The translations under genes and the position numbers were made by a program. This document shows, one piece after another, positions 15,501 through 26,700 of a stretch of DNA of 64,000 nucleotides. The stretch lies in contig NW_025767646.1 of the NCBI RefSeq assembly GCF_003918875.1, positions 1,736,001 to 1,800,000 on the forward strand, written 5' to 3'. The first letter of the stretch is position 1. The number at the start of each line of letters is the position of its first letter. This stretch comes from Haliotis rubra. Its lineage: Eukaryota. The notes below the pieces were generated by a model that saw only the letters and a list, made by a program, of their open reading frames with translations, was not told the origin of the DNA and searched no databases.

Positions 15501-18500
15501 TATGGTTGTGACAATCAGGGCAAACCAAGATTTGAACTGAAGATCATTGGGTTCTTGCATGTTTAAGGGATGCATCTCTGTATAGTCGTGCCACTGACCA
15601 CTGCTCCTTATTTAGAATCTTGGTTTTCATCCTTGGACATTCATTAAATTCTTGGTAGTACTGTCTGTGTTTGTTGGATTTCGATTGGTTGGTTGGTTGG
15701 TTTGTTGTTTAACACGGAACTCACCAACATTCCAGCTATATGTGGCGGTCTGTAAATATTCAAGTATGGACCAGAAAATCCAGTGATCGATATCATGAGG
15801 ATCGATCTACGTAATTGGGATACGATGACATGTGTCAACCAAGTCAGCAAGCCTGATCACGTTAGTCACCTCTTATGACAAGAATGAGTTGCTGTAGACC
15901 AATTCTAGCCCTGGGCCCCGTTCCTGAAAGCGATCGTAGCGCTACGATGATCGTAACTCTCATACTTTAACACAGACTTACGACAGTCGTAGCGCTACGA
16001 TCGCTTTGAGGAACAGGGCCCTGATCTTCACAGGTAGTTGGTTGTTTGAATTCTCATATCCATTACACTTGCTGAAGTTATTGTACCATACTGTACAAAG
16101 GTTGATAAGTTTCTCGATTCAATTTCTAAATCTACGGAACTAGATTGCTATTTTATAAGTTGTTCTGCAATATTATACCAATCCACCAATAATTGCAGCA
16201 CGTCCTACAGGCAGACTCCTTGTTATGTTCGCCAGAATGTCAATCGTACCTGTGAAGAACACCTGCTGACCATTACAACAATAACAATCATAAACCTGAT
16301 CTGTATTAATGTTTAATATACATACAGGTGCTTCTACTCCTGTACAGAAACTCTGCAATAAAGTAGAGGAAATTGTCAGCTGATAGATATTGGCTCAGAT
16401 GCGGAGCTAGATCCTGCTTCCTAATGAGATATTGGAAGTTGTTATGGCTTTCATTTTCATCTTAAACTTCTTTATAATTGGTGATTAATCGTATATCATT
16501 GCTTCAGGATACAATAACACATGTTAATCATACGGTTTCATGATATGATTTTGTCTGAGGATTTATATGACAATCCATTTGAAGATGATTGCCAAGAGAC
16601 ACATACTGCCCTTGAGGAAGCCACTGTAATGGTGTATGCATCCAAGATGTTGAAGAAGGCTCAGTGAGTGAGTGAGTTTAGATTTACGCCGCACTCAGCA
16701 ATATTCCAGCTATATGGTGGTGGTCTGTAAATAATCGAGTCTGGACCAGACAATCCAGTGATCAACAGCAAGAGCATCGATCTGTGCAATTGTGAACCGA
16801 TGACATATGTCAACCAAGTCAGCGAGCCTGACCACCCGATCCTGTTAGTCGCCTCTTACGACAAGTATGGGTTACTGAAGGCACATTCTAACACGGACCT
16901 TCACAGGTGAAAATGGCTCAGTAGCACATGCAGTGGAACCCTAGCCATGGGTTTAAATTCAAGCAATGTTGTTGTACAAAACACATCCAGTTGGGAAACT
17001 ATCACTATGGAAAGAAATGAGCCACAACTCTGAGCCCAAGGACATGGAAGCTGAATTCAAAAGAAACAGCCAGACTGCTTATGTGTAAGGGACGGTCCAC
17101 ACAACAGTTGATGGAACCTGTTATGACTGGGGTTTCACTTCCTTAGTTACAAGCAGATTTTAGTACTTTCTTGAGGATTTAATCTCATCTGAAGTAAGAC
17201 ACCATGTCTTCAGCACACAAAGCCAGCGATCTTACCCAGATGTTTTGTGCAAACATAAAAGATTTCCTGGTCAGATGTATTAGGGCAGAAGATCTGACTA
17301 CACATCAATAGTTTCCTGGTCAGATGTGTACAGACAGATGATCTGCTATACATCAATAGTTTCCTGGTCAGATGTATCAGAGCAGATGATCTGACAATAC
17401 ATCAATAGTTTCCTGGTCAGATGTATCAGGGCACATGATCTGCTATACATCAATAGTTTCCTGGTCAGATGTATCAAGGCACATGATCTGCTACACATCA
17501 ATAGTTTCCTGGTCAGATGTATCAAGGCAGTTGCATCCCACTGTTGTCATCACTGGGACACTGATACTGCTTTAGATATATCCCAGACACCAACACAGGT
17601 TGACGACACTGGCTGCAACACTTTTATTGATAATCAATGTGTCAGAATGACCCTTGCATTGTGAACAGTTTCAAGTCCTGTTGGGAATCTATCAAGGAAA
17701 CAGTTCAGATACACTTCCCAAGTTACTGCCAGGCAAATGCAGCATGCACAGTGTAGAATGGGCAGGCATCTGATTGACAATTAACAAAAAGAAGGCAAAC
17801 TAGAAAATGGTGTTGACTATGAGACGCATTTTTACCATCAACAGATTATAAACAAAATGATGAAACCACATGGAATCCCAACTGTGTGTGGAAATTTCAC
17901 ATGCCTGAAAGGAGGGCCATAGTAACTTAATGTCTTAGTTTTATGAAGCTAGGATATTATAAATATTATCAATTTTTATCTCAAGCATGCTTCAGACAAA
18001 CATACAGCAAAGGGTGTTAATTCTTTTTTTTCTACCTCAAAGAATCCTAGTTAAAGCAAATGTTAGCCTTGCTCCAAGGTTGTACTGAATGCTAAGCCCA
18101 TGGATGTATGGTAATTCTATCCTTTAAAGAGGCAAGTCTAGAAAGCGAACAGTACAAGGATTAAGGTCGCCAATCTGTTATTTATTTATTTATTTTTTTT
18201 AATTTTCATTTAAACTATTAATTATTACCTTAGAGACTTGTGCAAGTCTAGGTACAAGCCAATATAGGGAATTGTCACTGACACCATTTTATGACACTGC
18301 TGCAACCTACTGACCTGCTGAAACTACTTTACCATCACAAAGTTACATTAATAAAGAATTAGTTCAGCTCTATTTCTTATTTCATTCCTTTCTTAATGCA
18401 TTTATTAAAGATGAAAGACAAAATGTCAAAATTTGATAAAAAGCTGTCTCAACTGTTCAAGATAGAGTACTTTAAACACGCTATTTATGCGGCACACAAT

Positions 18501-20703
18501 TTTGAAATATCAGAGCACAGTTATGCTGTCAGCAGTTTGTCATTGAGCATTATGTCAAATGTAAAACACAAGGGAAAAAGCAAATTTGATAGCTGACAAA
18601 AGAGTCTTTAAGGACATCAGGCATGAAACCTATCACACTCTTGGATTAAATGCCTCCAATCCAGAAAAATCTCCAATATCCAAAATGTCTTTGAAATAAC
18701 TTGACAGGTCCAATATCTTGATAGCAGGCCTCTCCTCTGGTCTCGGTTCTGTCAGGGGAAGCGACCGGGCAGCTTGTTTTACAGGCATGCATTCATTAAT
18801 CGTACCACATTGATCCAAAAAGAGGATATTCAGTGGCGGTAATGGCCACGGGAAGGTGGTATAAATGTCACAACATCATGTGCCGTATCTCCATCAGTGG
18901 ACTGGAGAAAAGCGGGAAAAGACAGTAATCGAATAAACCTGGTGCACTTTGTCTATTTTCATCCCGGAAGCAAGAACTGTGGCACCTAACTATCATCTCC
19001 TGTCCCATCAAACAATACAAAATAGGGCAGTCTACTTGGACCATTCTCATTCTCCAAGAAAAAAACAAAAATGGGTTTCAATATTTCTCTGACTCATTGA
19101 ACATTTCTGCTTTGAGCACATTCTCTGACGTGACTGGTGATGTAGATGACATTGTTTTTTTGGTTTCTCTCATCTTTAGTCAGCATGATTATTTTCACGT
19201 TCATCTCACGGTCCAGGGGGAGTTGAGAAGGTAAAGGAGATGGATGTTCTCCCAGCCAGATCTGAAATTCTATGACTATGCATGTGCCATGTGAGCCCCC
19301 TGCCGAACCTCTGACCAAATTATGGTCAGAATAGCCTCCATGTGATGCTCTCCAAACCCCATTTACAATCTCAAACACAAGCATACTTATTTATGAGGAT
19401 GTTGATGGAATAAATAAATACACAAGGATGATTGCTGTCATAAGGAAGAAAGATACTACTTGTAGAACTGCATCCGAACTCAGCTAGGTATAGCCTAGCA
19501 AACATCTGTTAAATATGTATTCATTATTAAGGAGATAGGTAGAGTAGATACATGATTCACTGTCAAGAGACAGTTGACTGGGCATAGGTTCAGTGATGAC
19601 AGTGATGATGGTGTGTAAGATTCTTCACCTTGATCATGACTTGCTATGTCTATGCTCTATGAAAAGTGGGGTAGTTTAGTGGATAAGCTGTTTGCTCATC
19701 ACATCGAAGACCCAGGTTCCATTCCCTACATGGGCACAATGTGAACACCTTTTCTGGTGTCCCTTGCTGTGATATTGCTGGAATATTGCTAAAAGCAGTG
19801 TAAAACTAAACTCACTCACGCTATGAGAATTATACAAGAAAAGACACGTTAGGCTCTGGTAGGCTCTGAACATAGACAAAATCTACAAAAATACCTAATT
19901 TGCCTCAGGAGACCTGCTGCAGATATAAGAGATGCTTTGTTTCACTGTGGGGCAGGATTGAAGACGAAGAAACTCCCTGAGGGTCAGCTTGTAATATAAT
20001 TTATTTGGAGGGTCTCAAGAGGGATTTAAGAGTGACCTTTAAATGTAGCACTGGTATTGTGTGATATTTAAAGCTTATACATTCCAAGCCCTGTATAATC
20101 TGCAAACCAATGGTCAACTGGGGATTTGACCAGAACACTGTTGTACAGAACAACCTTAGCATTAGAACAGTTATGTTAAGGTAAGGAAGTCATCTTAGCA
20201 CTAAGATTGCTCTGTACAATGGCATCCAGTTGAACAGTTTATTTGTGAACACTGCAGAGATGTGTGTGCCATCAGACAAACATTTAATACCATAAATAGG
20301 AACAGCTAAGGGAGATAATAACACTTGATGACAAAGGCATACCAGTAAAGATGACTATGACTTAGTTTATTTTTTCATTTCCATTTCTGTATGTCTCAGT
20401 GGTACCCACAGATAAAAGGCAACAATAATCCAGAGGGAACATTAAAGACAATAATTATACATTGTAAGAATCCTACTTACCATTTTGCCAGTGTGCTGTA
20501 AAGGTTTTTGGTTTGAAAGATGGGTCAAAGAAGTCATCTAACGTGAACTTTTCGCCCAGTGCCTCGTCCTTGTCATCTGAAAGGTAAAGTAGAGTTGTTA
20601 GATTCAACATAGAATATCACTGGAAAATATCTTATCTGCATTTTCTTCAAAGAAACAAATTGCATTTCTTTTAATCATGGTTACAGGTGTTGATGTTTGG
20701 AGG

Positions 20704-20778
<75 letters not shown>

Positions 20779-23700
20779 ACAGTTTCATCGTCATCATCAT
20801 CATACAACAGTTCCTGTCAATACAGAAGTTCTGGTGACATTGGGAGGAATATCTAGGTCCAAGGAATATATTTACCTCAACAAAAAACATATCTTAAAAA
20901 AAAACAAATTGGATCGAATGGAGCCTCAAACAATGTTATATTTCAGGCCTACAGCTGAGTCAATCTAGGCTTGAGTTGGATCCATGTGTCGTGTTTTCTA
21001 TAGGGTTTGGGAGACAGACACAATTTATTGTATCATGTAATCAATACAGTAACTACCATCCCTGGCCAACACACCACTAGACGCAGACACTTGCTGTATT
21101 AGGAGTCATCAATGTATTAAACTCTTTAACTAAATGTAGATTAAAGGAACTGCTAAACCAATATCATTTTGAGAGGATAATAATATTTAATTATGTGCTT
21201 TTATTCTGGAATGTGTAACATCTGTTTCCTTGCTTAGTGGTTTACATAACTTTCAAATTTAATTATTTTTGTTTTAGCACAGAAATCTTGCTGCACTTAA
21301 TCACACTGACATTTCGCGACATCCAAGAGAGATGGTATATGTGTTAGCTTGGTGCAGGAAGAATTACAGCTAATCAGTGATAACTGACACGAATTGACAA
21401 GCTTACTGCTGCAGATACTTCATGATTTGTTTCCTCCTGATTGAATTATTCTCCACTTAAATTTATAGATAATTGAATCCTGACATACAAATTGGAGTGC
21501 TGGCTGAAGGAACTGATTATTTTGTTATAAAGGTACATGTACTACATATTCTTATAACATTAACATTAGGGGAAATCTCATAAAGATTGTGAGTTTGGTT
21601 TCTGGTATGTGAGAACCACCACCTTGTTTGAGAGTTTCCTGGGGTTTTGGGGGGGTTTTTTTTTCAAATAAACAATTTCTTTGCCTTTGCATGTGTTTGT
21701 GATGGATGACACCAGTTACTCAGGGTTATAGCTTAAAGACCTCTGGTATCATCACTATTTGATACAAAACACATGATCATAATGCAGCTTTAATCACAAA
21801 TCTTGGGAGCAGAGATTTCTTATGGTTATTGAATTAATATTATCATATTTCCTTAGAAAAGTATAAGATGAACACATGTTTACAATATACTATCTCTAGC
21901 TAGATGTTAGCAGTGACAAGACTGACTGACTGAGTTTGGTTTTACGCCGCTTTTATCAATTTTCCAGCAACATCACGGCGGGGCACACCAGAAATGGGTT
22001 TCACACATTGTACCCATGTGGGTATTCGAACCCGGGTCTTCGGCGTGATGAGCCAACGCTTTAACCATTAGGCTACCCCACCGCCCCAGCAGTGACAAGA
22101 GATTATACAACACATGTTATCATTTTCAAGACATTTTTGGTGCATGTTGTGACTTTGTGATAAAAGTAGTTACTTAAGATAATTACTTAGGGTATATGAA
22201 AATTACTGGTCAAAAGGTCACTTGAGAAACTATGGAAAACATCAAGGATGTTTTAACACAAGAGAAACGATTTTTCAAAATTCACCATGCTATCAAAGGA
22301 ATAATGGAGGCTGGTGGTCTGAATTCAATGTTCAACACTTCCTTGATAGAGATGATAAGGGTGAAAAACAACAACAATACACTACACAGATTACTGCAGA
22401 GGCATAAAGGTAAATCACTCACTGTGTTAACAGCTTTGTATAATTGAGTGAGTGAGTGAGTGAGTATTTTAGCAATATTCCTGCAATATCACGGTGGGGG
22501 GCACCAGAAATGGGTTTCACACATTGTACCCATGTGGGGAATTGAACTCGGGTCTTCGGCGTGCGAGCGAACGCTTTAACCACTAGGCTACCCTACCATC
22601 CCTCAGCTTTGTATAAAAGTATAATAAATAGTACTAACTTAAATGATTTACCACACATAAAAAAGCATTAATTTGTAAGAAAAAATTATAATTTCTACTT
22701 GTTTAGATTTTCCCATGATTTGACAACATTTGACACCCCACACTGAGGTTATAAGGTAGTGATGTAACACTTAAAACAACAGAAGCTATAAAGCACCAAT
22801 GTTTACTTATAGTCTGTTTGCATTGAAAACGTACCGATGAATGTAGTGACATACTGTCAGTGAAATGTTGTCAAATCATGGGAAAATCTAAACAATTAGA
22901 AATTAAGATTGCGAATCCTCATAATTTTACCTTGCCAACTGAACATTTAAATCTCAGAATTTTATTCAACTTAGGATAAAAGTTGTTTAACAAACGATCA
23001 TAATTTCAAATCGCTGTTATTTGGTTTGTTTTACAAGGGTGAAACACCTGTACATGTAGGGTTGGTCTAAGTTAGCGCTCATCATGAACCGCACATGCAT
23101 TTGTTTCACTGTTCCAACTACTGCTCTTGCCCCCTTGTAATACAAACCAATAACAGCGATTTGAATGTATGATCGTTTGTTAAACAACTTTTGTCCTACA
23201 ATGAATAAAATTCTGAGATTTATATGTACAGTTGGCAAGGCAAATTTATGAGGATTCGCAGTCTTAATTTCACTTTATTTGATTTACTTTTTTGTTTAAA
23301 GTGAAATTCATCGGTACGTTTTCACTGCAAACAGACTATAGTCATACTCAACTTGGAACTTCTAACAGTAATCTCAGCAACATATTAAAGTGTTATCCCT
23401 TGCCATTGATCACAGAACACTGTGTCGCTGACAATGTCGATCTTATTCTAATTTCGGCTGCAGTTTGACTGGAAATAGCTTCACTTATTAATAAGTGATT
23501 ATTAATAAATGACAGATAGAGAAAGATGCACAGTGAACTAAAAAAAATGACAGCAAACTTTAGTTATTCAAATTGCAGTAAAACTTTAGACAAACACAAA
23601 ATACATTTCCATAATCATAATAAATCTCTATAATTATCTTGCCATTGATCACAGAACACTGTGTCGTTGACAATGTTGATGTTATTCTGATTTCAGCTGC

Positions 23701-26700
23701 AATTTGACTGGAAATAGCTTCACTTATTAATAAGGTGTTGAAAAATCCCGACACATGACAGATAACGAAAGATGCACAGTGACTCAAAAACATGACAGAA
23801 GTAAAACTTTAGACAAACACAAAATACATTTCTATAATCATAATAAATCTCTACAAAATGCAGACTTGATTGTGCGATTTTTTCCTTATAATAAGCATGT
23901 TCATGACACCTTACAAAATAGCGATGACACAAAACAGCTTCAAGAGTCCTTATCGCAGCTGTGAGAGTAGTGTTAACTATGATACTGTGTGATGGTGTCG
24001 TCCACTGTACTGTAAGATTAGATCATTTCATTAATTACTGAAAAATTATATTTCTTCTCAAGAATTAGCTAGAAGGGATATTTTTGTGCAAAATAAACCA
24101 CACACAATCAGATGAAAGGTTAGTCAATGATCACCTTAAAATAACAAGAGTTGTGGCGCTGATGCATCAAATTTGGATATCTCCCCCTCCATGTCTACAA
24201 GGAACGGGGTAACATATGTTATATTTGGGATTACACTTTCTTAGTAATTAGGTGCCTGACTCTGAGGGTGTGGGTTCGAATCCCAGATGGGACTCAACCC
24301 AAAAAGTACTAGAATCTGTACTATACTAAGAAAGTGTAATCCCAAATATAACATATGTTACATTTGAACACTTTCTAAAACGGCATTGTGTATTTCAAGA
24401 AACGGAGTGGTGGGGTAGCCTTGTGGGTAAAGCATTTGCTTGCCGTGACGAAGACCTGCGTTCAATTCCCTACACGGGTACAATGTGTGATGCCTATTTC
24501 TGGTGTCTTCGCAGTGATATTGCTGAAATATTGCTAAAAGCCGTGTAAATCTAAACTCCCTCACTCCTTCTACACCATACATTTTGAAAGCTTCCCGAGA
24601 CACTGAAACTACCTGTGCTGACTTGTCTCTCCTCCAAGACAAAATGTCACACCAACAGGAAATTACATCCCCAGTACTTATCAGGAATGCTGGTAACCTT
24701 GTCAACAAGTTTCTACGGCAATATGAAAACAATAGCACCGGAATATCCCTCCACCGGGTTTATCCACGATTCCATTAATATAGAATCCATTAATTAATGC
24801 CGACCTGTCACATGTAAGGCAATAGGGTTGACTGATATTATTCCTAACACAATGTCTGGCTTTGGTGAGATCCTGCAGTGTATCTTAATGAGGAACGGTA
24901 AGATGTTTCAGTATTTCTAGAATTTTATTAAACCTTGTGGACCACAGTACATGTGTCAAGCTAAAATCCGATCATCAAACTAACAAAAATATCACATTAT
25001 TTACGAGTTCAAAAATCTCCTTTTGAACAAATATACCATTATATTGAATTAACAAAATGAGAAATTTGATTTTCTTTCTGTAATATGATTTTTGGGCAGT
25101 GCTGTCCGGGTCATTAGGTAAATGAGAAGGGACACTGCAGCAGCCATTGTTTTCATTCTAGGAGGAGAGCTTGTGGTTGAGCTCGGATTGACGTTTTCAT
25201 CATGGATCATGTGTGGTTGATGTAATTGTCCTTGCGGGAAGCCAGGATTTTCCCTGGATCACTCAGGTTGTAAATCTTCTAAATTGCTTCCCTACTGATG
25301 AAAACGTTCTTTGCAAAAAAGCATGGCAATGTCCTTTGAGAGCGATGGCTATGGTATTTGGAGTCTTTGATGTTGTTTTCACTGATAATACCCTTCATGA
25401 TATTATTTACATAGATTTCTGAGAAAATTTGTGTTGATATTTACAGGAAATTTATAAAGAAAGTTAGCAAGTGATTGTTACAGTTAATGATGTGTTGGGA
25501 TATGAATCAGCAATGCTGGTTTAACGACATGAAGTGACACTGTAGTTGCTTCCAACTGACGTCATGATCTGGTTAAAAACTTAACAACACCAAGGTCGTC
25601 ATGACCTCATAAGCTAGTCCTGATTCCATTGCAGAAACTTTCTCCCAATCTGACATTACAGGCTGAGAAAGATACATTATTCATTAAAAAATAATCTTGC
25701 ATCACATGTAGAGATATGAGGGTGGTAGAGATACGATTGAATTGATGCACATGTCTGTAACTTCACAGATGGTCATTCTTTTTTATTGACATCTGCATTT
25801 TTATGCCAGATGATATTTTTCTTATCTACATTCAAGGGGCTGTATGGATAACAGTTTGCCACATGAGTTATTGAGAGGATGTAAAACATTGACACCAGGG
25901 AATATTGATTATACATTGAAACAGATTCTAAAGGTTAAATTGCAGTGAAAATTATATGAACGGATCACAAAAGATTATTGATGACACCAGGTGCCACTTA
26001 TACAATTTGCATATAGTGAGTGAGTGAGTTTAGCTTTATGCTCTTAGCAATATTCCAGCAATATCACGGTGGGGGACACCAGAAATGGGTTTCACACATT
26101 GTACCCATGTGGAGAATCGAACCCAGGCCTTCAAAGTGAGGTGTGAACGCTTACCCACTAGGCTACACTACCGCCCCTTTGAATAGAAATATAGTGTATA
26201 GAATGTGACTTAGAGCATTAGTGGGCAGCCTGTAAAATGATATACAAGGTACAACCAGTGGTTGATAGTGTTATAGCACTTCTTTCTGAGTGAGTGAGTG
26301 AGTGATCTGGGTTCTGTGTTTCAGTTTCAGCATGTCAGTATAAACTTCAAGGTGATATTTTAAGGGGACAATACTGAGACTGAAAGATGGACAGATGATA
26401 ACGTAAAGTGGTGATCAGCAACAGTTGACACAATGGCACGATGACACAATGACACGATGACACAATGGCACAATGATACAATGACACAATGGCAATGGCA
26501 CAATGAGACAATGACACAATGGCATGATGGCACAATGCCACAGTGATGGCACAATGGCACAATGATACGATGGCACGATGACACAATGGTCAATAGGTAC
26601 AATTGATACAATGCCAATGAAAAAATGCACATTGTGTTTTCAATCAAATACTGCACTGCACACACCTTCGTAGCATCATTATGACCACATTTTCAAGTGC

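Noticed and set aside
16841-16908. CCTG/CAGG change in the outer stem as covariation evidence
   Set aside because: Both substitutions are at CpG sites and can be explained by methyl-C deamination, so only the GAAGG/CCTTC change was counted.
20681-20968. Poly-Asp and poly-Ile ORFs
   Set aside because: (CAT)n microsatellite.
26347-26665. Cys/His-rich ORFs
   Set aside because: Simple repeat translation.
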